From positions 1 to 64,000 of the forward strand of contig CBDDBZ010000019.1 of the NCBI GenBank assembly GCA_965225945.1: a stretch of DNA of 64,000 nucleotides. The letters are read 5' to 3'. How positions within the stretch are numbered: position 1 is the first letter of the stretch; each line of letters starts with the position of its first letter. The notes beneath the pieces were generated by a model. It had not been told where the DNA came from, did not search any database, and saw only the letters and a program-made list of their open reading frames with translations. Below are positions 31,833 through 41,556 of this stretch, piece by piece. Position numbers and translations under genes: made by a program. The DNA comes from Alphaproteobacteria bacterium. Lineage in GTDB: Bacteria; Pseudomonadota; Alphaproteobacteria; GCA-2731375.

Positions 31833-33917
31833 ATGCCCGCCGGATTGATCTTCGCCATCGTCTGCGGCCTCGTCGCCATCGGCTACGGCGCGTGGGCCGC
31901 CAAATGGGTGATGGCCAACGATACCGGAACCGATCGGATGCGGGAGATCGCGGCCGCCATCCAGGAGGGCGCCGAGGCCTATCTGAAACGCCAGTATCAG
32001 GCGATCGCCATCGTTGGCGTGGTGATCTTCGCCATCCTGTTCCCGGCCATCGGCTGGCACGCGGCGGTGGGCTTCCTCATCGGCGCGCTTTTGTCGGGCG
32101 CGACCGGCTATGTCGGCATGCATGTCTCGGTGCGCGCCAACCTGCGCACGACCGAGGCCGCGCGCCACGGCCTTGGCCGGGGTCTCGAGCTCGCCTTCCG
32201 GGCGGGCGCGGTCACCGGCATGCTGGTCGCCGGCCTGGCGCTGCTCTCGGTCAGCGTCTATTACGCCGTGCTGCTCGGCATCGACGCCAGCGGGCGCGAG
32301 ATCGTCGACGCTCTGGTCGGGCTCGGCTTCGGCGGCTCGCTGATCTCGATCTTCGCCCGTCTCGGCGGCGGCATCTTCACCAAGGGCGCCGACGTCGGCG
32401 CCGACCTGGTCGGCAAGGTCGAGGCCGGCATTCCCGAGGACGACCCGCGCAATCCCGCCGTCATCGCCGACAACGTGGGCGACAACGTCGGCGACTGCGC
32501 CGGCATGGCGGCCGACCTGTTCGAGACCTATGCGGTGACCGTGGTCGCCACCATGGTGCTGGCCTCGATCTTCTTCGTCTCCGATCCCACCCTGCAGACC
32601 AAGATGATGCTCTATCCGCTGGTGATCGGCGGCACCTGCATCATCACCAGCGTGATCGGCACCTTCTTCGTCAAGCTCGGCGCCTCGCAAAGCATCATGG
32701 GCGCGCTCTACAAGGGCTTCATCGTGGCCGCCGTGCTGTCGGCCATCGCGCTTTGGCCGGTGACGGAATGGATTATCGGCTTCTCCACCATGTTGCAGGC
32801 CGGCGGCGCCGAATTCCCGGCCCGCCACCTGTACTATTGCGGCCTCGTCGGCCTGGTGGTGACGGGCCTGATCATCTGGGCGACCGAATATTACACCGGC
32901 ACCGAGTATCGGCCGGTGCAGTCGATCGCCAAGGCCTCGACCACCGGCCACGGAACCAACGTCATCCAGGGCCTGGCGGTCAGCCTGGAAGCGACGGCGA
33001 TCCCGGCACTGATCATCTGCGCCGGCATCATCTGCGCCAATCTGCTGGCGGGCCTGCTGGGGATCGCCATCGCGGCCTCGGCGATGCTGGCGCTCGCCGG
33101 CATGGTGGTGGCGCTCGACGCCTACGGGCCGGTCACCGACAATGCCGGCGGCATCGCCGAGATGGCGGATCTGGAGGGCGACGTGCGCGCCACCACGGAC
33201 GCGCTGGACGCCGTCGGCAACACCACCAAGGCGGTGACCAAGGGCTACGCCATCGGCTCCGCCGGCCTGGCGGCGCTGGTGCTGTTCGGGGCCTATACCG
33301 AGGACCTGAAGCTCTACTTCTCCGATCTCACGATCGACTTCTCGCTCTCCAACCCCTTCGTCGTCGTCGGCCTGTTCTTGGGCGGCATGCTGCCGTTCCT
33401 CTTCGCCGCCATGGGCATGACCGCGGTCGGGCGGGCCGCCGGATCCGTGGTGGAGGAGGTCCGCCGTCAGTTCCGAGAAATTCCGGGGATCATGGAGGGG
33501 ACGGGCAAGCCCGACTATGGCCGCGCCGTCGACCTGCTGACCCGGGCCGCGATCAAGGAGATGATCCTACCCTCGCTGCTGCCGGTGCTGGCGCCGGTGG
33601 TGGTCTATTTCGCGATCAACCTGATCGCCGGTCAGGCCCAGGCCTTCGCCACGCTCGGCGCGATGCTGCTGGGCGTGATCGTCACCGGGCTCTTCGTCGC
33701 GATCTCGATGACGGCGGGCGGCGGTGCCTGGGACAACGCCAAGAAGTATATCGAGGACGGCCATCACGGAGGCAAGGGCTCGGAAGCGCACATGGCGGCG
33801 GTGACCGGCGACACGGTCGGCGATCCCTACAAGGACACCGCCGGCCCGGCGGTGAACCCAATGATCAAGATCACCAACATCGTCGCCCTGCTGCTGCTGG
33901 CGGGCCTGGCGCAATAG
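31833..33917 (+). CDS. hppA: Membrane-bound H+-translocating pyrophosphatase, K+-independent type
   Basis: [11 protein letters not shown] and DNVGDNVGD motifs; GNTTKA (Lys) signature of K+-independent enzymes. Confidence 0.96.
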   Translation: MPAGLIFAIVCGLVAIGYGAWAAKWVMANDTGTDRMREIAAAIQEGAEAYLKRQYQAIAIVGVVIFAILFPAIGWHAAVGFLIGALLSGATGYVGMHVSVRANLRTTEAARHGLGRGLELAFRAGAVTGMLVAGLALLSVSVYYAVLLGIDASGREIVDALVGLGFGGSLISIFARLGGGIFTKGADVGADLVGKVEAGIPEDDPRNPAVIADNVGDNVGDCAGMAADLFETYAVTVVATMVLASIFFVSDPTLQTKMMLYPLVIGGTCIITSVIGTFFVKLGASQSIMGALYKGFIVAAVLSAIALWPVTEWIIGFSTMLQAGGAEFPARHLYYCGLVGLVVTGLIIWATEYYTGTEYRPVQSIAKASTTGHGTNVIQGLAVSLEATAIPALIICAGIICANLLAGLLGIAIAASAMLALAGMVVALDAYGPVTDNAGGIAEMADLEGDVRATTDALDAVGNTTKAVTKGYAIGSAGLAALVLFGAYTEDLKLYFSDLTIDFSLSNPFVVVGLFLGGMLPFLFAAMGMTAVGRAAGSVVEEVRRQFREIPGIMEGTGKPDYGRAVDLLTRAAIKEMILPSLLPVLAPVVVYFAINLIAGQAQAFATLGAMLLGVIVTGLFVAISMTAGGGAWDNAKKYIEDGHHGGKGSEAHMAAVTGDTVGDPYKDTAGPAVNPMIKITNIVALLLLAGLAQ

Positions 33918-34036
33918 GCGCCGGCGCGATCGGCCGATGGGTTTTCCCGACCGTCCGGAGCGCGGAGGCGGCCATGCCAGAGGGGCCGGACGAGCGAGCA
34001 AGCGCGGCGGACCTTGTGTTTTGTGGGCGTTCGCAG

Positions 34037-35185
34037 TCAGTTCAAGCCGTACAAACCTGCCACGTTGTCGCGCGTGATCTTGCGCCGGACAGAGGGCGGC
34101 AAGCCCGAAAGGTTGCGGTCCAGGATCTTTTTCGATTCCGGCCACAGGCAGTCTGGATGCGGATAGTCGGCACCCCAGATGATGTTGTCCTCGCCGATCA
34201 GCGGCACGATCGGCTCCAAGAACTTGTCCTGCTGGTAAGTGACGTAGCCCTGGCGGCGGAAGTAGTCGCTCGGCTTCATCTTGAAGCCGAGGCTGCGCGC
34301 CCGGTCGTGGTACTCGGTATCGAGCCGGTCGAACACGTAGGGCAGCCAAGTGACGCCGGACTCGCCGAGCACGAAGTTGAAGTCCGGGTACCTCTCGCAG
34401 GCGCCGGAGGCCAGCAGCGAGACCAGCACCTCCATGGTGTCGAGTTGGAAAAGCGCCGAGCGCACCAGCCGGTACTCGGTGAAGTATTCCTTCTCCATCT
34501 CCGGCGTATCGGGCGCGCGCAGCGCCTTGAAGCCGGTCGAATGGAAGGAGATCGGGAATCGGCATTCCGCCGCCGCCTCCCACAGCGCATCCCAGTCGTG
34601 GTGCCAGAGCGGCAGCGACATGCGCTTGAAAGCGAGATCGCCGCCCCGCAGGCCGAGCTTGGCACAGCGCCGCACCTCGGCCGCCGCGGCCTTCGGATCA
34701 TGGTTCGGCACGATAGCGAGCGGGAAAACCCGGCTGGCGTCCGCTCGGCCGGCGAAGTCGGCGACCCAGTCATTGTAGACTTGGTCGGCCCATGAACGCA
34801 TCTCGCCCTCGTCGATCATTTCGTTGATCATCAGGCAGCCGTAGACGATCTCGGCATCGAGCCCGTCGCGATCGAGGTCGGCGATCCGAAGCTCAGGCGT
34901 GGTGGGCCGTGGCCTGGCGCCGCGCTGGTAGTCCCATTCGAAGCCGGCCTCTTTCATCTCGTCGATGTGGCCGAAAGACCCCTTCTGGTACTTCAGAAAG
35001 CCGGGCCCGACACCGTTCCACATACCTTTGTCCTGTCCGTCGACGATCCAGTGCAGCCCGTCTTCGCGCTCCTCGCAGCGCGGCGCCGTCGCCTTCCACT
35101 TCGCTGGCGCCGCGTCCGACCACAACTCAGGCGGGCAGTAGGTCAGGTCGATGTGGTTGTCGCCCGATATCAGTTCGTAGGACAT
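34037..35185 (-). CDS. Amidohydrolase_2-family protein
   Basis: SGDNH, LGESGVTWLP and WGADYPH motifs. Confidence 0.9.
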   Translation of the reverse strand: MSYELISGDNHIDLTYCPPELWSDAAPAKWKATAPRCEEREDGLHWIVDGQDKGMWNGVGPGFLKYQKGSFGHIDEMKEAGFEWDYQRGARPRPTTPELRIADLDRDGLDAEIVYGCLMINEMIDEGEMRSWADQVYNDWVADFAGRADASRVFPLAIVPNHDPKAAAAEVRRCAKLGLRGGDLAFKRMSLPLWHHDWDALWEAAAECRFPISFHSTGFKALRAPDTPEMEKEYFTEYRLVRSALFQLDTMEVLVSLLASGACERYPDFNFVLGESGVTWLPYVFDRLDTEYHDRARSLGFKMKPSDYFRRQGYVTYQQDKFLEPIVPLIGEDNIIWGADYPHPDCLWPESKKILDRNLSGLPPSVRRKITRDNVAGLYGLN

Positions 35186-35236
35186 GGCTTCCCTCTCTCC
35201 GGTCGGCCGTTAGGCAGCGTCACACAGTTTAAAAGA

Positions 35237-35545
35237 CTATCGGGCGATCCGTTCAAGCGAGAACACGGCTTGTCGGATTCGTTCGCGTTCCCGCGAAGCG
35301 CCCCGGTCGCGGATATCCTGGCCGGCGTCGAATACCAAGGTCAAATGCGTGCCGTCGCTCACGACCGCGACGCTCTTCGGTTCGATTTGGTCGGATGTGC
35401 CCGGTTCCGTCGGCACGATGTCGACCGCATGCTTGGCAACCTCCGCCCGCGCCAGCAGACTAAGCGCCAGGACGACGAGGCCGCCGAGCAGAGCATGGCG
35501 CAGATGGGTGAACCGAGATTGGTGAGGCGTCGAATTCCGTTTCAT
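35237..35545 (-). CDS. Hypothetical secreted protein
   Basis: Signal-peptide-like N-terminus; starts 3 nt after the upstream stop. Confidence 0.5.
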   Translation of the reverse strand: MKRNSTPHQSRFTHLRHALLGGLVVLALSLLARAEVAKHAVDIVPTEPGTSDQIEPKSVAVVSDGTHLTLVFDAGQDIRDRGASRERERIRQAVFSLERIAR

Positions 35546-35548
35546 GGA

Positions 35549-37342
35549 TTATCGGACCCCCATGGCTTCCAGCAACGGATCGAGCGAACGCTCGTTGATC
35601 ATGATCTTGCCGTCCGGCTGGGCCGCGATCCGGTAGCGGTAGCTCCCCTGGTCCCCCGTGGGTTCGCCAAGTGCCGTCAGCAGCGCGGTCACGGCCATGA
35701 AACCCGGAGGCGCGCCCATTTGCTCGGCGACGTTGATCACCTCATCCAGGTTGCGCACGACGACAGTGGCGTCGCCGGCGACCAGTAGCGGCGCGGCGGG
35801 GTCGATCCGCGCCTCGCCATCGGCGGTGACACCGGCCACCGGTCCTTCGATGGCAAACCCCCGCAAGGCCAGCGCCGATTTGTTCCGCATCAGGGGATAG
35901 ACCGCCCGCAGCCCACCGATTGCCGCGGCGATGTCTTCATCGCGGGGGCTCTTGGTCAGGTAGTCGATCAGCACGCCCCACAGCTCGGTGAAGGGCGCGC
36001 GTTCCAGGGAAAGGGTGAAACCGGCGCGTTCGGGTAACAATTGCTGAACCGGTGGCGGTAGCTGGCCCTCCGGTACGTGAATGCCGGAAACACCGAATGT
36101 GAAGGCCAGCCGCGCCTGATTTTTGTCGACGTCGGCCACGGTCATGGCGAATTCGATTCCGCCGATGCCACCACCAGCCGCCGGCCCAGCCACCATGAGA
36201 TCACTCGCGGCCTTCATCCCTTCGGCCTTGAGGGTCACCGTGGCAGTGTCGAACGGACGGGCCAACGGTTTCAAGCGGGCGCCGAACAATGCCTGGACTT
36301 CCGCCAACTCCATATTCTCGATGCCCATGAGTTGCGCCATGAAGTCCTTGTCCTGAGCCAGCTTGCGCAATGCCGCGAAGGTCGCGATGTCCATGGCACC
36401 GACGGCGGAGGTCACGCTAAAGCGGGCCAGGTTGAACACGCCCCCGACATTCACCCCGGTGAACTCTGCCTGGCTGTCGATATCGATATGGTCGGGGTCG
36501 GTGTCCTTGCTCCGCGTTTTGAGGCCCACGCGATCGACCTCGAACATGGGCGCGCCGTCGGCCATGCCCTTGACCCGGATGAATTCCCCGTCTAGGGCGG
36601 TGAAAATCTGTAACCTGCGGTCCCACGTTCCGGCAAATTTCCGGCTGCCGATCACAACCTCGATGCTCGGTTGCCCGTTTTCGGTGAGCAGAGTGATCTT
36701 TTCGGGGATCCTCGAGCGCACGGTCAATCTGTGTGCGCTCAGCAGCGAAAACTCGCTCGCCACCGTCCCTATCACCAACCGGTCGCCGCCAAGGATCAAC
36801 GACATATCCGGAATGGTCAGACGAAAGCCGTCACCGGCGGCCTCCAGGGGCAGGTGATGGGGATTGGCGAAGCGGATCGGCAATTCGCCGATACGCAATT
36901 GATCAATCTGACGCATCTGGATGAGCAATTCGTCACGGATGGCGGCTGCGTCCGGGTGGGCCACGGCGAAGGCGCGATCCGCCGCGATGCGTTGGTGCAG
37001 GGCCGCGAGGGAAGCCTCGACCTGGACATCGGCATTGGCGACCTCGCTATCCGGGCAACGCGCCAACACTTGATCGCGAAGCTCTTCGTTCTCGCGGGTG
37101 CCATCGCGGCGGTTCACCAAGACCCGTGATACATCGACGCGGATCAATCGCCCGTCACCGTCGATACGGAGATTTTGCTTCACTTCGAGATAACCCTGGT
37201 CATCGACCATCTCGACCTTTGACGTCATGACGTTACCGTCCAACGAATACCGGCCGGCAAAATACTTGGGAGACGCCGCCCAGGTTCCATCCTGGCGGCG
37301 TCGCGCGCGCCCGATCGCGCCATCGGCGCGGTATTCGTAAAA
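35549..37342 (-). CDS. Large hypothetical (DUF2125/YdgA-like C-terminus), probably 5'-truncated by an IS1595-like end
   Basis: 564-aa ORF with a beta-rich C-terminus ending GKIMINERSLDPLL; upstream sequence is cut at 37343. Confidence 0.55.
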   Translation of the reverse strand, partial: FYEYRADGAIGRARRRQDGTWAASPKYFAGRYSLDGNVMTSKVEMVDDQGYLEVKQNLRIDGDGRLIRVDVSRVLVNRRDGTRENEELRDQVLARCPDSEVANADVQVEASLAALHQRIAADRAFAVAHPDAAAIRDELLIQMRQIDQLRIGELPIRFANPHHLPLEAAGDGFRLTIPDMSLILGGDRLVIGTVASEFSLLSAHRLTVRSRIPEKITLLTENGQPSIEVVIGSRKFAGTWDRRLQIFTALDGEFIRVKGMADGAPMFEVDRVGLKTRSKDTDPDHIDIDSQAEFTGVNVGGVFNLARFSVTSAVGAMDIATFAALRKLAQDKDFMAQLMGIENMELAEVQALFGARLKPLARPFDTATVTLKAEGMKAASDLMVAGPAAGGGIGGIEFAMTVADVDKNQARLAFTFGVSGIHVPEGQLPPPVQQLLPERAGFTLSLERAPFTELWGVLIDYLTKSPRDEDIAAAIGGLRAVYPLMRNKSALALRGFAIEGPVAGVTADGEARIDPAAPLLVAGDATVVVRNLDEVINVAEQMGAPPGFMAVTALLTALGEPTGDQGSYRYRIAAQPDGKIMINERSLDPLLEAMGVR

Positions 37343-37370
37343 CGGAATTTCCTAGTTTAAGGTCGGCCTT

Positions 37371-37589
37371 TCATCGATTCTCGTAGGCGTCCTTTATGCG
37401 GCGGGCCTTATCTTTGACCGCATCTTCGACACCTTCCCGCATGTCCCCTAACCATTCCTTGGTATCCCCTACGGGATTGCCAACAAGGAAAGCTATGAGA
37501 TCCACTCCGATCCAGAATTCAACGATCAGCAACGCGACGACAAGCAGAACAATTATCCAGAAAAGGCACCCCAAGAAATTATCAGCCAC
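37371..37589 (-). CDS. Small single-TM hypothetical protein
   Basis: GTG start overlaps the upstream TGA; long hydrophobic stretch, charged tail. Confidence 0.55.
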   Translation of the reverse strand: MADNFLGCLFWIIVLLVVALLIVEFWIGVDLIAFLVGNPVGDTKEWLGDMREGVEDAVKDKARRIKDAYENR

Positions 37590-37761
37590 GTCGGCGTCTC
37601 CGTAAATCGATCCAGCAGCACCAGACGAAGCTGCCGACAATCATGGCTCCTATCACACGCCCTGGATCGTCCATTCCAAGAACCAGAGCACCGCCAACTC
37701 CCATGAAGCTGCCGACGACAGCATGGCAACCCCATACAAAGAGCTTCTTAACGGTGCTCAT
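37582..37761 (-). CDS. 59-aa two-TM protein (below the ORF-track cutoff)
   Basis: RBS AGGAAAG; MSTVKKLFVWGCHAVVGSFMGVGGALVLGMDDPGRVIGAMIVGSFVWCCWIDLRRRRRG. Confidence 0.55.
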   Translation of the reverse strand: MSTVKKLFVWGCHAVVGSFMGVGGALVLGMDDPGRVIGAMIVGSFVWCCWIDLRRRRRG

Positions 37762-37788
37762 GGCCGCTTTCCTGTCCGACAGAGTCGC

Positions 37789-38361
37789 TCACTCATCGTC
37801 TCCCAGCGCTAGGGGAATCTGTTCACGCATCTTCGGGTACGCGCGTTGCAGGCTACGGTAGAAGGAAGTCCAGTTCGGCGCCGCGCGCATCAGCGCCATG
37901 ACGCCTGCCAAGTGCTCCTTGAGCCTTAGGTCGCCAAAGTCGGGAGTGAACCATTGATGGTGCCGACTCTTTCGGTATCCGGCTGGCAGCTTCGGGTTTT
38001 TGCGTCGCAGTTCAGCAAGCACGCCAGGGGCGAGCCGAGCATAAACGAAGTCGTTGGTGTAGTGGCCGATAACGGATGGACGCTTCACGCCGTCCGGTCC
38101 AGGCCATCCCTTGAGCCTGAATATCTGATCGTAGAACTCGTAGGGGAATGTCCTGGTCCAGGGTTGGAGTTCCTTTGCGATGAAGTTTTCAAGGATCGTC
38201 GCGAGTGCGCGGAGTGCTCGGATTTTCTGATACCCGGTCGCTTCATCGACCAAGCCGATGATTCCGACCCGCCGTAGGCCACGATTGAGGGCATGTGCCC
38301 TCTGAACGATATTGGCGTTCCGTACTGGCAGCGCCCCTGCTTGTTGGGCATCGATGATAAC
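37789..38361 (-). pseudogene. P63C-domain protein, 5'-truncated
   Basis: LVDEATGYQ, ELQPWTRTFP, RPSVIGHYTNDFVYARL and HHQWF motifs. Confidence 0.85.
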
Positions 38362-38644
38362 GGCTTGTGTAGCGTGAGGTCTGGAAATTTGGCTTCGCCC
38401 CGCGCCGGGGTATACCCCGGCGCGGGGCGATCCGTCATTTTGGTTATCCATGAAAGCGTCCAAACAAACATGGAGAACCAGTATGCGGAAAGACCAGGAT
38501 AGCGCTGTCGAGGCTTTGGTGGAACAATTGATCGAAGGCGGTAGCGAGAACATGGCGCCGGTCTTCGCCGGCCTTTTCAATCTCGCCATGCGGATCGAGC
38601 GGGAGAGGTTCTTGGGCGCCGGCCACTATGAGCGCACGCCCGAG
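38362..38644 (+). mobile_element. IS256 type C left part, truncated by IS3
   Basis: Matches 7031-7314. Confidence 0.9.
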
Positions 38645-40064
38645 TGTATCGCACCCGGTTCCTTGGACACAAGTTTGTCTCATGCGGCGGGCCTGAGTGA
38701 CATCGCGGTGTGCCACGCCTGACGAGCTTGAGCGGGGCTCAGGTAGCCGTTCTTCTCCACGATCCACTGGGCATTGTACTGTTCGACGAACCCGCGGACG
38801 GCGTTCCGCAGCTCCGCGATGTTGCGGTAGATGCGGCCATGGATGATCTGTTCCTTGAGCGTGCGATTGAACCTCTCGGCGACGCCGTTGGTCTGGGGCT
38901 GTTCGACGAAGGCGTAGGACGGCTGGATGCCCCAGAACTTGATCTGGTTGGTGAAGTGGTCCGACAGATACTGGGAGCCGTGATCCATCCGCAAGGCCAG
39001 CCCCCGCGCCGCACCGGCGGAGGTCGAGGCATACAGCCTCGCAAGCCCCATGGAGATCGGCTGAAGGGCGGCGAAGCGGTCGCCTCGCTTGCACACATGC
39101 CAGCCGACGCACTCGGCGTTCCAATGCTCGATGGCGGTGAATATCCAGCCCCAGCCGTCGTCCACCGTGAACACCCGAACGCCGTCCGTGCCCCACATGA
39201 GGTTGGGGGCATGGGTGATGATCTCACCGACATGGGGATTTCCGCCACGGCGGCGGCAGCGATGGGGCGAGAGCAGGTTGTTCTCGCGCATCACCCGGAG
39301 CACCCGCTTGCGGGAAACACGGATGCCACGACAGACCCGAAGCCGAGCCCAGACCTTGCGGTGTCCCTCGCCCTCCCAGGGGGATGCCTCCAGGTCGGCC
39401 TCGATGGCCACCAGCAGAGCCTCGTCCGAGATCGAGGGCTTCGGTCCCCGGCGCTTTGCTGGTGGGCGCTCAGCGGTGGCCTGCTGCCGGGATTTCATGG
39501 CGTAGAACGAGGAACGGGCAAAACCCCAGGCCGCACAGACCCGCTGGAGGCCGTAGGCCAAACCCGTGCCGGGAGAGGTGGCGGCACTCATCGCCGCGAC
39601 CTCCGCCGCCCCAAAGGGCCGGACGTCTCCGTCTTGGCCTCCAGCAGTTCCACCTGCATGATCAACTCCCCGATCCGCTTCATGGCGATGTCCAGTTCCG
39701 CCTTTACCGGATCGCCCTTGCGTTCCTTGAGCGAGGCATCGATCCCGGCGATCGCCTTCTCACGCCACTGCTCGAGCCGGAAAATCTCCACGCCCAACTG
39801 CCGCGACAAAAGTTCCACCGGCTCGCCACGCAAAAGCCGCAGGGCAACCTCACGCTTGCGCGTCACCGTCCACCGCTGGCCAAGTCCCAGCGGGCCTGCC
39901 GGCGAAACCTGGCCCGGGGAAAACGTGGACGAGCCAAGCTCGCCCTCGTTTACCACAGGCCCATCAACAGCAACTTTGTTCTCAAAATTGTCGGTCATGT
40001 TCCGGTCCTCCTTGGACACTTCGATTAAACCAATTCTGTGTCCAAGGAAATCGGGTCCGACTCA
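38645..40064 (-). mobile_element. IS3-family element, intact copy 2 (orfA 39588-39998, orfB 38680-39591)
   Basis: Near-identical reverse complement of 18578-19997. Confidence 0.93.
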
Positions 40065-40160
40065 CGGCTTGTCGCGGGAAAGGATTTTGCGCCCCGCCGT
40101 CGACTGTGGCATGGTCCGCCGAGAATCGTCGATAGATATTGTCGGACAAAGAGTTAGCCG

Positions 40161-41537
40161 ATGAATGATTGGCGCGCCATCGTTTTGGCGGCCGGCCGGG
40201 GGACGCGCATGAAGTCGGCGCACGCGAAGCCGCTGCATGAGCTCGCGGGCGTGTCGATACTGCATCACCTGCTCTCCACCTTGAAGGCGGCGGGTCCCTC
40301 CGGGACCATCCTCGTGGCCTCGCCGGAGAATCACGAGGTCCTGGCACGGGCGGCGCCGGCGGCGACGGTCGTCGTGCAGGAACGCCCGCGCGGCACCGCT
40401 GATGCGGTGATGGCGGCGCGCGACCGGCTCGAGGGCTTTGCCGGCGACGTTTTGGTGCTCTTTGCCGACACGCCGCTGGTCGAGCCCGAAACCATCGAGC
40501 GGATGCGTCGGGCCCGTCATGGGGCGAGCGATCCCGCCGTCGTCGTGCTCGGCTTCGAGCCGGCGGACCCGGCAGAATACGGCCGTCTCATCCTCGATCC
40601 CGACGGCGCGCTCGAGGGCATCGTCGAATATGGCGAGGCCGACGCGGGCGAGCGCGAGGTCGGCCTTTGCAACTCCGGCTTGATGCTGATCGACGGCCGA
40701 ATCCTGCCGGATCTACTCGACGCCATCGACGACGACAACGCCAAGGGCGAATTTTATCTCACCGACGTGGTCGGCGCGGCGCGGGCGCGGCGGCGGACGG
40801 TGGCCGTCGTCGTCGCCGACGAGGACGAGGTGATGGGGATCAACTCGCGGGCGGACCTGGCGGCGGCGGAGGCGATCGTGCAACGCCGCCTCCGTGCCCG
40901 GGCGATGGCGGCGGGCGCGACACTGGAGGATCCCGACTCCGTCCACCTCTGCCACGACACGCGCCTCGGCCGCGACGTGGTGATCGAGCCCAACGTCTAT
41001 TTCGGTCCCGGCGTCGAGGTCGGCGACGACGTGCGCATCCGCGCCTTCAGTCATCTGGAGGGCTGTCGCATCGAGAACGGCGCCTCGATCGGCCCCTTCG
41101 CCCGATTGCGGCCGGAGACGGAGATCGGGGAGGGCGCCCGCATCGGCAATTTCGTCGAGGTGAAGAAGGCGCAGATCGAGGCCGGCGCCAAGGTCAACCA
41201 CCTCAGCTATATCGGCGATGCCCGTGTCGGGGCCGGGGCCAATGTGGGGGCGGGCACGATCACCTGCAATTTCGACGGTTATGGTAAGAACTTCACCGAT
41301 ATCGGCGAGGGCGCCTTCATCGGCTCCAATACGGCGTTGGTGGCCCCGGTTCGCGTCGGCGCCGGCGCCATCATCGGGGCCGGCAGCGTGGTCGCCAAGG
41401 ATGTCGCCGAGAACGACTTGGTGTTGACCCGGGCCAAGGGAACCACGATACCCGACTACGCCACTCGCCGGCGCGGGAGAAAGGCCGAGGAGGCGCGCGG
41501 CAAAACGGGCAAGCGCGCGCTCGGCGACAAGTCCTGA
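40161..41537 (+). CDS. glmU: Bifunctional UDP-GlcNAc pyrophosphorylase/acetyltransferase
   Basis: LAAGRGTRMKS, EFYLTD, GPFARLRP and GAGTITCNFDG motifs. Confidence 0.97.
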   Translation: MNDWRAIVLAAGRGTRMKSAHAKPLHELAGVSILHHLLSTLKAAGPSGTILVASPENHEVLARAAPAATVVVQERPRGTADAVMAARDRLEGFAGDVLVLFADTPLVEPETIERMRRARHGASDPAVVVLGFEPADPAEYGRLILDPDGALEGIVEYGEADAGEREVGLCNSGLMLIDGRILPDLLDAIDDDNAKGEFYLTDVVGAARARRRTVAVVVADEDEVMGINSRADLAAAEAIVQRRLRARAMAAGATLEDPDSVHLCHDTRLGRDVVIEPNVYFGPGVEVGDDVRIRAFSHLEGCRIENGASIGPFARLRPETEIGEGARIGNFVEVKKAQIEAGAKVNHLSYIGDARVGAGANVGAGTITCNFDGYGKNFTDIGEGAFIGSNTALVAPVRVGAGAIIGAGSVVAKDVAENDLVLTRAKGTTIPDYATRRRGRKAEEARGKTGKRALGDKS

Positions 41538-41556
41538 AAGCAACGGAAACGATGCA

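Larger units (their letters stand above)
37343..38361 (-). mobile_element. Putative IS1595-like right end with passenger genes, truncated by IS256 type C
   Basis: CGGAATTTCCTAGTTTAAG end-like sequence, drop in GC, P63C passenger. Confidence 0.5.

Noticed and set aside
31616-34795. 1059-aa ORF and other long shadow ORFs (e.g. 17884-19932, 55097-57139, 48411-49997)
   Set aside because: Arg/Pro/Gly-rich off-frame or antisense readings of clear genes, as expected in high-GC DNA.
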